Below, one piece after another: positions 40,734 through 51,520 of a stretch of DNA of 64,000 bases. Both the position numbers and the translations under genes were made by a program. How positions within the stretch are numbered: the first letter of the stretch is position 1; the number at the start of each line of letters is the position of its first letter. A model generated the notes under the pieces. That model did no database searches, was not told where the DNA came from, and saw nothing but the letters and a program-made list of their open reading frames with translations. This stretch comes from Gemmatimonadota bacterium (GTDB taxonomy: Bacteria; JBHIER01; G020348925): contig CP070758.1 in the NCBI GenBank assembly GCA_020348925.1, positions 1,196,469 to 1,260,468 of the forward strand, in the 5' to 3' direction.

Positions 40734-43487
40734 ATGAGGGAACAGAGAATGCTGATATCACTTCTGCTATGTCTCTTTTTGGCGCTGCCATGTATCATTT
40801 CAGCCGACACCACAATGCGGCTGAAACCTGCTGATGGTCAGAATACGCCAGCGGCGCAACAGCGTGTTCGGTCTCAAAACGACATCCTCCCTGAACTGCA
40901 TTTATTCGCGGCAGCAGGATGTGAACGATGCAGCCTCGATGCAAACCACATCTTTATCAAACCTGATACCCTGCATCGAGTCTGCGTTTTCATAGACAAC
41001 ATCTCCTTTGAATTGGACATCGAGACGCTTCACTTCATGCTCACATGGGATGCCGCCATACAATTCACGAATCCGTCCGGTCCCAGCTTGACCTGCACGG
41101 ACTATGACTCGATGGGCTGGGACATAAAATATCACATCTTTCCGGATGGAGGCTCAGGAGAGGACAGCCTTGAGGTCTGGCTCATTATTAGTGGTGATGC
41201 CCTTCAACCGCTGAGTGAGCCGGGCTGTGTTTTAAATATTGACTTCCAGACATATGCGGATCTGACGCCTGGTTCCCAGGATACAATCCACTTCGAGTTT
41301 GCCACCTTCAACGAAGGTGGAGCCATTGCCACCTTCGATTTCTACAAGACGATCAACCGGCCCCCGGTGATCACGTGGCAGGGTCAAGACGCCCCGGATA
41401 CGATCGATGCGATATATTTACAGGAATGTACCTACTACGAATTCCTTGCCGATGCCCACGATTACGACATTGACTGCTACAATCCCGAAGGCGATACGGT
41501 CCTCCTCTGGGCACAGACCGATGATCCATGCCCGTGGTCGGAAGGAGCCACGTTCTGTGGAAGAAGCCCTTCCGGTGGACCGCCCTATGTGATCCCGCCC
41601 TTCATAGGTGCGGGCTATGTCCAAGCCTTGTTCAAATTTCACCCGCCCAAACTGGGCATCTGCGATGATTTTTGGGTGAATTGGATCGCCATGTCCACCC
41701 ATACGACAGGCCAGCCGTTATACGATACACTGTCGATTCACTTCATCGTCGAAGACTGCGCCTACCAATTGGCCTGGATGACACCGCCCCCGCGCTGGGA
41801 CGATCCTGATGAGAATGAGCCGCTCCCTTCGACACCTCCGTACTACGAGGTGTATGCCTGTCAGAATATCGAAGTTCCGGTGGGTCTGCACTTTGACTAC
41901 GACTATCTCCTGGACGATCCCATCTGGTCCGTCTATTTCGAGGTCGATTACGACAACCGGATGGAGATCTTCGAAATCGGAAACGAGGGTCTGATTACTG
42001 AGCACCTCGGTGTTTTTCAGTATAACATCATAGCGGACCATACTCCTGATGAGGGCAAGGTTATTGTCTCCATGGCGTTCAATAATCCGCTTCAGTGGCC
42101 GCCCTGGCCTATGCCTCCTGATCCGCTGAATCCGCCCTTCGGCTTTGTGGTCTGTGATTGGTATAAACTCTTCTACGTCGGTTTCCATATCCCGGACTAC
42201 CTACCGGATTCAACACTCCTGAAATTGACGATACATGAAAATCAGCTCAAGGTGAACGAAGAAGAGTATAAAATGTGCTCAATCCCATTGAGCTATCTGC
42301 ACGTCAGAGATTTTTCGGTGAACGGCTCCGTTAAATACAGTGACACCTGTATTCCCGTCCCCGGTGTGACCATCAGTACAATCGACACCTGTGGTGGAAC
42401 AGCCGGCAGTATCGTCATCACGGACAACACGGGCGCATTTCAGTCAAAATCATGGCCTGGGTGCAGCAATTTCTGCCTCGAGCCTTCGATGGAACCTGTC
42501 AGAGACGTCTGGCGTCAGGTTGTCACCTCCTACGACGCAACGTTGATTCTGAGATCATTATGCGGGATGGTTCCGCTGACCCACAACGATTCTTTGGCGG
42601 CTGACATCACAGGCGACGGAACAATATCGGCTTTTGATGCATCCGTGATGATCAAGTGGTTGGTCACCAGCTATACTGGTTCCGACCTCATACCGACCGA
42701 GAACATCGGCACGTGGATTTTTGAGTCGATCGAGTGCGGCGACTGCGGTCTCGGCCCGTGGGGCCCGGAATGTTTCTGTCTCGAAGAGATCACTCAAAAC
42801 GAGACGGCCTGTTACGAAGCTGTTGTTGTCGGTGATGTCAGTCAAAACTGGCCCGGTCCTTCCTCAGCCAAGGTGGTCGAGAACGGTCTTGATATATCCA
42901 TCTCTGACAATACCATAACGATACGTTTCATCGAACCGGTGAGTGCTGTGGACATGGCGCTTACCTTCGACCATCATCTCTCAGTGGCCGATGTCTCGGC
43001 AGCCGACGGTATCACCGAGTGGATGGCTCGCGCCAACGAACTCAGTCTGGCCGCGGCCAGTGCCAGCGAATTGGGTGAAATCAGGATAACTTTTGAAAAG
43101 AGCGCCCCCGCGGAAATTGAAATCGTGGCTCGGGCCAATGAGAACCTCATTCTGACGACAGCGATGCATGCGGCCCCCCTACCCGCGCACTTCAGCTTGG
43201 CTCAAAACTTTCCCAATCCGTTCAATCCAACAACGACGATCACGTATCAGCTTCCCACAGAGAGCAACGTGACGCTCACGCTGTTCAATACAGTAGGACA
43301 ACACGTCCGAACGTTGGTTCAGGGCATACAAGAACCAGGCTGTCATAAACAACATTGGGACGGTCGTGATGAATCAGGACGAAATGTTCCAACCGGAATT
43401 TACTTCTATCGTCTCACAGCGGCGAGAACATCCCCAGAACATCGGGTCGACTTCTCTCAAACGAAGCGTATGATCTTGATCAAATAA
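40734..43487 (+). CDS. Secreted non-catalytic protein with cohesin-like domains, dockerin-like segment and T9SS/FlgD-type CTD
   Basis: Signal peptide; 'VTSYDATLILR...AADITGDGTISAFDASVM', VGDVSQNW, QNFPNPFNP...TKRMILIK; paralog of 47075-49271. Confidence 0.8.
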   Translation: MREQRMLISLLLCLFLALPCIISADTTMRLKPADGQNTPAAQQRVRSQNDILPELHLFAAAGCERCSLDANHIFIKPDTLHRVCVFIDNISFELDIETLHFMLTWDAAIQFTNPSGPSLTCTDYDSMGWDIKYHIFPDGGSGEDSLEVWLIISGDALQPLSEPGCVLNIDFQTYADLTPGSQDTIHFEFATFNEGGAIATFDFYKTINRPPVITWQGQDAPDTIDAIYLQECTYYEFLADAHDYDIDCYNPEGDTVLLWAQTDDPCPWSEGATFCGRSPSGGPPYVIPPFIGAGYVQALFKFHPPKLGICDDFWVNWIAMSTHTTGQPLYDTLSIHFIVEDCAYQLAWMTPPPRWDDPDENEPLPSTPPYYEVYACQNIEVPVGLHFDYDYLLDDPIWSVYFEVDYDNRMEIFEIGNEGLITEHLGVFQYNIIADHTPDEGKVIVSMAFNNPLQWPPWPMPPDPLNPPFGFVVCDWYKLFYVGFHIPDYLPDSTLLKLTIHENQLKVNEEEYKMCSIPLSYLHVRDFSVNGSVKYSDTCIPVPGVTISTIDTCGGTAGSIVITDNTGAFQSKSWPGCSNFCLEPSMEPVRDVWRQVVTSYDATLILRSLCGMVPLTHNDSLAADITGDGTISAFDASVMIKWLVTSYTGSDLIPTENIGTWIFESIECGDCGLGPWGPECFCLEEITQNETACYEAVVVGDVSQNWPGPSSAKVVENGLDISISDNTITIRFIEPVSAVDMALTFDHHLSVADVSAADGITEWMARANELSLAAASASELGEIRITFEKSAPAEIEIVARANENLILTTAMHAAPLPAHFSLAQNFPNPFNPTTTITYQLPTESNVTLTLFNTVGQHVRTLVQGIQEPGCHKQHWDGRDESGRNVPTGIYFYRLTAARTSPEHRVDFSQTKRMILIK

Positions 43488-43515
43488 CACTCGAGCCCCT
43501 TTACCATCGAGACAC

Positions 43516-43555
43516 AACCGCCGGTTCGCACAATCCGTCCACGGCGGTTTTTTTT
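43516..43555 (+). terminator. Intrinsic terminator
   Basis: AACCGCCG...CGGCGGTT followed by a T-run. Confidence 0.75.
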
Positions 43556-43665
43556 ATGGAAAACTTCGAGCTCCGGTTTCCCTTGACTTTGGTTAAAGAA
43601 ATGGTATATATTACATTCGTATTTCTTTTCGAAGGCACCATCGAAGATTTTTGAGAGGAGGGTCA

Positions 43666-46045
43666 ATGATGAAGGTGAAAACAATATTCCTGTGCCTCTT
43701 TCTGTTCTTGGCCGGAGCGATAGGAAGCCCGGCTCAGGAACCTGACATCGACCTTTCTGCAACGATCCATAACTACGGCACGCTAACTGTTGGTGACTCA
43801 CTGGACTGGGTACTTACCATCTTCAACGTCGGGAATGACACCTTGTTTGTAGACTCAGCACGTGTGGATGGTCCTCAGTTTCACATTGAATCACCCGCAT
43901 TCCCCGACACGGTCACCCCCACACCTCCCAAAGACAGCATCTCGGTCACACTATGGTTTTTCCCCTCAGACACCGGTCTAGTCACCGGAAGCCTCTTTGT
44001 CTTCAGTGACGATCCGGATGAAGAGACATTGACCGTCGTTCTGAGCGGCACCGGCATTTTGCAGGACATCGCCCTGTCCGAGAGTACTCACGATTACGGA
44101 CACATCCGAGTCGGGGACTCCCTCGACTGGCAGTTGACGATCCATAATATCGGTACGGATACGCTGACTGTTGACTCCGCACTCGTCACTCCTTCGCTGT
44201 TTCAAATTTCATCCCCAAGCTTCCCCGATACCGTTCCACCGGTTGATAGCACTTTTCTCATAGTCTGGTTTCTCCCCACGGATACCGGAGCTGTCGTCGG
44301 CAGCCTCCTCGTCTTCAGCGACGATCCGGATGAAGAGACATTGACCGTCGTTCTGAGCGGCACCGGTATTTTGCAGGACATTGCTCCGTCCGACACCGCC
44401 CATGATTTTGGAGACGTCGCACTTGGCGACTCTTTGGATTGGGTGGTGACGCTTTACAACGAGGGCACTGCTGACCTGATCGTGGATTCGGTCCTCTCAG
44501 CCCCGACCGAATTCGGGGTGACGGCTCCCCTGCTCCCCGACACCCTCGTCCCCGAGGACAGTATCCTTGTCACCATCACCTTCTCGCCCTCCTCTCCAGG
44601 AGCTGTGGCCGGAAGTCTGCTGGTCTTCAGCGACGATCCGGACGAGGGGTTATTGACGATAGACCTTCTGGGCAACGGCGTTATTCCGGATATTGCTGTC
44701 TCAGATACATCGCACGACTACGGGGATGTCCCCGCCGGGGACTCACTGGATTGGATATTGACCATCTACAACTGGGGTACGGGGAGTTTGAGCCTCGATT
44801 CCGTGCTGCTTGAACCATCCGAATTTGAGATCATTTGCACTTCATTTCCACAAACCATCCCTGCGGTCGACAGCATCGGAGTCATTATCCGTTTTAAGCC
44901 GACCGATTGGGGTGCGGTAGCAGGGAGTTTGCTCGTGTTCAGCAACGATCCTGATGAAGACACGCTCACCATCTCTCTCGCCGGAAACGGTCTCGCACCT
45001 GATATTGAATCTCCAGTTCTGGTTCACAATTTCGGAGATGTTGAAGTCGGCGATTCGGCGGACTGGACCACACAGATTTCCAATCCGGGGAACTTGGATT
45101 TGGTGTTGGACTCGGTGCTGGCGGTCCCCCCGGATTTCATCATCATCTCGCCTCTTTTTCCTGACAGCATCGCCCCTGCAGACACCCTGGCCATGACAAT
45201 CACCTTTGCACCGTCCGATACAGGAGCTGTCACAGGCAGTCTTCTCGTATTCAGTAACGACCCGGATGAGGGTATATTCACCATCACCCTGGGGGGCAAT
45301 GGCTTGGCTCCCATTATCGCTGTCTCGGAGTCGGATCATGATTTCGGTGATGTTTTCGTGGGTGACTCCCTGGGGTGGGACCTGTGGGTAATCAATATCG
45401 GCACGGCCGATTTGATCCTTGATTCCTTACTGACAACACCGGTGGAATTCGAGGTATCAACCCCACCACTCCCTGATACACTCTCGGTCGGTGACAGCCT
45501 GGCCGCCACCATCACCTTTCTTCCGACGGATACGGGTGCGGTCACTGGAACCCTCCTCGTATACTCCTCAGATCCGTATCAGGGCGTTCTATCCCTCACC
45601 CTCACGGGTCGAGGCGTGGTTTCGGAAATCACGCTCTTTCCCGACTCCCTCGCTGCAACAATTTGGGAGGGAGGTATCATTTCACAGCCCCTCACCATCA
45701 TAAACGAGGGCACCGCCTTGCTTCTCTTTACCACGAGCGATACCGTCTCATGGCTGTCGGAGAATCCGGATTCCGGAGGCGTCGATCCCTCGGACACCAT
45801 CACCGTTGATATCATCTTCGACGCCACCTTATTGACCATCGGGGAGTATGACGATGTTATTCTGGTCACAAGCAACGATCCCGATGAACCGGAGCTCACA
45901 ATTTATGTACACCTCGTCGTGAGAGAAGCTCAGGTCATTGTTGCCATCCCCGACGCTTGGTCACTGCCTGGCGATACGGTGACGATGACTCTAAATATCG
46001 ACAACCAGACCGAAAGGGACGACCCCATCGCCGCCTTTCAGTCGC
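43666..46045 (+). CDS. Secreted protein with six tandem choice-of-anchor D/ASH-like Ig domains, a BACON-like domain and the start of a cohesin-like domain (3' truncated)
   Basis: Six ~103-aa repeats 'DI..S...HD(Y/F)G.V..GDSLDW.LTI.N.G...GSLLVFS(D/N)DPDE'. Confidence 0.88.
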
Positions 46046-46145
46046 NNNNNNNNNNNNNNNNNNNNNNNNNNNNNNNNNNNNNNNNNNNNNNNNNNNNNNN
46101 NNNNNNNNNNNNNNNNNNNNNNNNNNNNNNNNNNNNNNNNNNNNN

Positions 46146-46280
46146 ATAACGTGCAAAATCCCCGTCGCCGTAAAAGAGGCCATTCACCGTGGGTGCCGTC
46201 TGGGCAAAACTCAGCGTGGCGATCACAACTGTCGCACATATTGTGATCATGACAACAAATCCTTTTATCCTTCTTTCCAT
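46146..46280 (-). CDS. N-terminal fragment of a secreted protein (truncated by gap)
   Basis: GGAGG SD; MERRIKGFVVMITICATVVIATLSFAQTAPTVNGLFYGDGD. Confidence 0.6.
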
Positions 46281-46717
46281 GACCATCCTCCCTGTTAAGT
46301 CGTCCCCCATAGAGACAAAATAATGCTTCCAAGACAATCCGCTATTGAATATTGAAGAGTTTGATATGTATATTGGTTCGATTCGTAAGACATGGTATCG
46401 AAGTATTCATATAATAATACTGCCCAATCCCTTAAAGGAGCACATCGAACGTCACTCTTATTCTTTATTGAGATTTTTCTACAAAAAAGTGAATTTCCCT
46501 CTCATCTTCACGTACGCCATGGTTCGATTGAAAAATAGCACTACTTCATACTCATGTCAATTTTTTCTGCGGGTAAATTCAACTCGAACTTTTGGAGATT
46601 TACTGTTCATTCGACAAAAGTAAAAGATAGCGCTTGCTTTTATTTTTACAAGCTTTTTTGTAAATGATATAACCTTTGCATCAAGCGAACGATTTTCAGT
46701 CTAACAAAGGTCTCCTG

Positions 46718-46950
46718 TCAAACCACTCGCTTCAAAATGCGTTGAATATCTTGGTATTCTTCAAACACTGTGCCCTTATTCTGAAGAACATGAAAAATCT
46801 CAGCACTGATATATTTGGTTTTCAGCTGATCGATCATGTCCAACATGCTGGGGCTGGCCTTTTTCGTCTGCCAGAGAAAAACATTTTAGAACTCAGGGGC
46901 TTGCTGAGCAGCCTCGCCCAAGCTCCACAGCATCAACAGCGACGGGTCAA
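46718..46950 (-). pseudogene. Possible IS4/IS701-like transposase 3' remnant
   Basis: 'SLLMLWSL...*NVFLWQTKKASPSMLDMIDQLK' with an internal stop resembles the W..K..PSFxDM tail of DDE transposases. Confidence 0.35.
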
Positions 46951-47074
46951 CGGTACCGAAAGATCACAAAGCAATTGTCGCTAAAAAGCCTTGTATGGCA
47001 TTTCATAAAGCGGATTGAAGTCTTTAACACTTTTTGACTTTTCGGTCCCTCTCTATCGCTCAGGACATGCTGTG

Positions 47075-49271
47075 TTACTTCAACAACACCATCCGCTTTG
47101 TTGACTTGAAGTCGTTCGCCCTGATCCGATAGAAGTAGATGCCACTGGCCATGTCGGACGCATCCCACACAACCTTCTGGAAGCCCGCTTCCTGATTACC
47201 GTCAACAAGCACGTCAACCACCTGGCCCAGCACGTTGTACACCTCGACCCTGACCTTGGCGGCCTCGGGCAGCGCGTACTCGATGCTCGTCAGGGGGTTG
47301 AACGGGTTCGGATAGTTCTGCGACAGACTGTACTCCGTCGGCAGCGGCACCACCTTGACCGTCGAGGTCATGATCGCGCCTTCGTCGGCCCGAGCCGTGA
47401 TCCCAAGCTCTCCATACACCAGCCGCTCGAAGGTGACGGTGACCTCGCCCAGGTTCGTCTCGCTGGCGCCGGCCAGACGGATCGTTCTGCCGTCAGCCGC
47501 CCACTCGACGAGACCGTTGGCCGTCACGTCGGCCACCTTCAGCTCGGCTTCAGAGGCAATCACCATGTCGACGGCGCTGACCTCGCTCAGATCCATCGTC
47601 AGGGTCTTGCCGACCATCCTGGCCTCAAGATCGGAGACCACCGCCTTGGGCGGACCCGGCCAGTTCTGGCTCACATCACCGATGATGACAGCCTCCCAAT
47701 CCTCATCCACATAGTTCTGCTGCAGGTTGGTGTAGCAGACGCACGGAGCACCCCAATAAGCCAAGAGATCTCCGTAATACTCGAAGATCCAGTCGCCGAT
47801 GAAGTGCGACGGAATGAGATCGTTGCCCACGTAGCCGGTCACCACCCACTTCAGGATGACCGAGGCATCGAAGGCCCCGATGGTCCCGTCGCCGGTCACA
47901 TCGGCGGCCAGCGAGTCGTTGTGGCTCAGGGTTATGGCGCCGCACAGCAGGCGCAGGATCATGGTCGCGTCGAAAGAGGTCACGATCTGATCCTGGACCG
48001 TCAGGGTGTTCTCCATCTCAGGCCAGATGCAGAACGAGGCGCAGCCGGGATACGGCTGTACCCCGTAAGCTCCACTCCCATCGGTGACATCCGCCAGCGC
48101 TCCCTCGTAACAGGCATCGCCCTGGAAGATGCTCACACCCGGGACGCCCAGGAAGATATCGCTGTAGTAGACCCAACCGGCGCTCTCGAATTCTTCCACG
48201 TGCAGATAGGACTCCTCTATGGCGCAGGTGCCGTAGAGGCCCTCGTTCACCTTGCAATCCTCCTGCTGGATCGTCAGGATCAGGGTGTTGCACGCCTCGA
48301 GATCCTCAGGAATTTCGAACCCGACGTAAAAGACCTTGTACCACTCACTCACGAGAAACCCGTAGGGCAGCGGATCAGGCGGCATCGGCCACGGCGGCCA
48401 CTGCAGCGGATGATTGAAGGCCAGGGTGACGTAGATCTTGCCCTCGGTCTCCGAGTAGTCGGGCACGATGTTGTACGTCATCGCCCCGATGTTCTCGGTG
48501 ATGAGCCCCTCGTTGCCCACCTCGAAGACCTTCAGCCTGTTGTCGTAATCCACCGCTACCTGCATGGACCAGATGGGCTCAGTCAACCCGTAAGAGTAGT
48601 CGAAGTGGAATCCCACCGGGATCTCGACCCTCTGGCAGGCAAAAACATCCAGGGTGTCGAACGGGGGGTTCGCCCAAGGATCCGTCCACTCCGGAGGCGG
48701 CTCGCACCAGGCGAACTGGTACATGCAGTCCTCCACGATGAAATGGACCGTCAGGGTATCGTACAACGGCTGCCCCGTCTCGAAGGTACTCATGGCGATG
48801 AAGTCGACCCAGAAATCGTCGCAGATTCCGTGCTTGGGCGGGTGCCACTCAAAGAGCGCCTCCACGTAGCCGCACCCTCTCACCGGCCCGACGATATAGG
48901 GCGGCGCAGGCGGACCGTATACGCTGTCGAAGACCGCAAGCTCGATCCACGGACAATCATCGGTGATGGGATCGGACTGGGCCCAGAGGTATATACTGTC
49001 GCCGCACGGATGGTTGCAGTCGATGTCGTAGTCGTGGGCGTCGATCAGAAACTCATAGGTGTGGCTCTCCTGGATGACGAGCGCATCGATGGTGTCCGGC
49101 GCGTCCATGCCGAACCAGGTCACCACAGGCGGACGGTTGATGGTCTTGTAAAAATCGTTCGTCGCCATCGGTCCGCCCTCGTTGAACTCGGCGAACTCGA
49201 AGTGGATCGTGTCCTGCTGGCCCGGCTGTACCCCCGCTTGGGTATGAAAGCCGATCCTCAGAATGCAGGCA
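47075..49271 (-). CDS. Paralog of 40734-43487: cohesin/dockerin-like surface protein with short T9SS-type CTD (5' truncated)
   Basis: Shares DFYKTINRPPV, DAHDYDIDC, PLQWPPWPMPPDPL, HNDSLAAD, GDVSQNWPGP; ends [10 protein letters not shown]...TKRMVLLK. Confidence 0.85.
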
Positions 49272-49371
49272 NNNNNNNNNNNNNNNNNNNNNNNNNNNNN
49301 NNNNNNNNNNNNNNNNNNNNNNNNNNNNNNNNNNNNNNNNNNNNNNNNNNNNNNNNNNNNNNNNNNNNNNN

Positions 49372-49443
49372 AGTGGTGTCTACTTCTACCGCATTGCTGC
49401 CGGCGACTTCACGGCGACCAAGCGCATGGTTCTCATGAAGTAG
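49372..49443 (+). CDS. Last residues of another T9SS-type CTD protein
   Basis: [23 protein letters not shown]. Confidence 0.8.
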   Translation, partial: SGVYFYRIAAGDFTATKRMVLMK

Positions 49444-49562
49444 TTTTTGAGATTCAATAAAAGGGGGGCTGTCCCGGTTCGATCCGGGGTGGCCTTCCGG
49501 CCTGGTTGTGTGAGAGGTATAAGAGCTTGGGGCGGGCCTGAGGGTTCGTTCCAGAGAGAAGA

Positions 49563-49598
49563 GGTCCCTGGAACCTGGAGGTTCCAGGGCCTTTTTTT
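49563..49598 (+). terminator. Intrinsic terminator
   Basis: CCCTGGAACC-TGGA-GGTTCCAGGG stem-loop followed by CTTTTTTT. Confidence 0.8.
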
Positions 49599-49611
49599 GT
49601 CCTCACCCCCC

Positions 49612-49753
49612 TAACGGAAGGGGTCACATCTTTAATCTTTGATTTTGTCTCATTCATAAACTGGATATTTATAAGAAGCCTATAACGGAAGGGGTCACAT
49701 CTTTAATCTTTGATTTTGTCTCATTCATAAACTGGATATTTATAAGAAGCCTA
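49612..49753. repeat. Two exact 71-bp tandem copies containing the RAYT-associated motif in minus orientation
   Basis: TAACGGAAGGGGTCACATCTTTAATCTTTGA...AAGAAGCCTA x2. Confidence 0.92.
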
Positions 49754-49947
49754 CATCTCTGAACTTGATCGGACAAATATCAATGGTTTGTATTTCATAA
49801 CGTCTGGATTTTTATCTATCTTTGTGTCTCTGCGCCCCGTTGATACATCCCGCAGGAATATATATTCAACGGGTAAATTATCCCGCGGGATGTGTCTCTG
49901 TGGCGAATAATCCAGGTTTGGAAGGGAGTCACATTTTTTCTGTAAGA

Positions 49948-50901
49948 TCAAAACGCGGTGGCAATTCTCTGAACTTTTTCATGGAATGGTCTGTCCCTTG
50001 CGGTCTTCGCTGTCATTCTCTTATGTACTAAACTTACGGCAGAAGGACGAAGGCCACAAAAATACTCACCAATCTCTATCAGTCTGCAGCCAGAATAGAT
50101 CCGCGCTAAATAGATGGCCACATCTCGCGCCTCATTGAGCTTTCTTCCCTTCGATAGGAATTCACCATTACAGACGCCATACACACGCTTCACCTCCGTA
50201 AAAATTTTCTCCAAATCGAGCCGTGGCTTCGCTTTTCTCAACTGCGAAATCTCCGGGTCATCGCGTCTATCTTTCAACTTCTTTTGAAACTGTTCGACAA
50301 AACTACTGCTTCCCAATACAGCACCAAACTGCATGTTTCGTAGCGGATTCTCCGCTGCTTCTTCCTCGACGAATTTTCTATATTCCCGGCGCTGCTCCTC
50401 TTTGGTCAGTCCAAACCGTTCCAGCGTCCTGCCCGTCTCGAGCCATGGTGGGCATTTGCTGAGTCCTATATATGTTCGATAGCTCGACCATGGGTCATCA
50501 GCAGGGTATTTCACTGTTTTTGCCCGCACAGGATTCATGTGAATATACCGTGTCAACTCATGTGCGTGTCGGTCTTGCTCGACAAGGATGCTCTTGAACC
50601 GCCCTTGAAACAAATGACCCACTCGATGGTACCTTTGGTTCACGTAGGTTGCATATGATTGATTGATCCACTGCATTGGTCGACTCAACTGTCCATGGGG
50701 TGTTTCAACCTCAAGGTGATAATGATTCTGCATGAGACAGTAGCCGTGAAATACAATTGCCGATCTTTCGTGTGCGTCTCGAAGAAGGCTTAGAAACTTT
50801 TCGTAATCTTCATCGTGAAAGAAAATATTCTGACGTGCTACTCCTCTGGAAGTGATGTGATAAAATGCTCCAGGGTATTCGATACGTAGTTGACGCGCCA
50901 A
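49948..50901 (-). mobile_element. REP-associated tyrosine transposase (RAYT, Y1 HUH) with C-terminal DnaA_C-like HTH
   Basis: MARQLRIEYPGAFYHITSRG, YCLMQNHYHL (HUH), HLFQGRFKS, RYIHMNPVRA, WSSY, ARDVAIYL. Confidence 0.92.
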
Positions 50902-51006
50902 GGAGTAATTCCTCCTCTGCTACATTGGTGTAAAACTATTGTCTTCGGAGTTACAAGATTGTATCAAACCCGCTGTCGGCAATATAACATTTCATACTGG
51001 TCCAAT

Positions 51007-51189
51007 CAAGATCAAAGTTAAAGATGTGAACTTTGTACGGTGGATTTTACCCTGGTTCTGTCAAGATCAAAGATTAAAGATGTGACCCCTACTTATAAGA
51101 TCAAAGATTAAAGATGTGATCCCTACTTATTGGTTCTGTCAAGATCAAAGATTAAAGATGTGACCCCTACTTATGATGACCCCTACTTA
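51007..51189 (+). repeat. Cluster of direct repeats AAGATCAAAGATTAAAGATGTGACCCCTACTTAT upstream of the RAYT
   Basis: Near-perfect copies at ~51063, ~51097 and ~51141, a degenerate copy at ~51008 and a partial copy at ~51177. Confidence 0.9.
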
Positions 51190-51520
51190 GCGGAGCTCGG
51201 CGGGACGAAGCAATCTCATGCCATCGAGAGACGGCCTGACCTTTTGTTGCTGGGTTGGGATGGCTTCGATCTGCACTGCGTTCCGGTTTCGCCATGCCTG
51301 TCGGGGCTCAGATGTGATCCCCTTTGAGACAAAAACCTTGACACATCGGACCTTTTTTGTTTGATTAGACGTATTGCTCTGGCTCGGATTGAAACTGACT
51401 GAAGGATTTCCAGGGTCTTTTCGATGCTGGGTTTTTTTGAGAAGGTGAGGTCTTGAGAATCCGGATTTCTTTGCAGGCGGTAAAGGATGCTGAGAGGGCA
51501 CCAACAGGGATCCCGTCTCA

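Noticed and set aside
47804-49438. 544-aa plus-strand ORF
   Set aside because: Shadow of the GC3-rich minus-strand gene and runs through an N gap
51007-51189. Possible CRISPR array
   Set aside because: Repeats are adjacent or separated by a short repeated segment, with no unique spacers and no cas genes; better explained as RAYT-associated repeats
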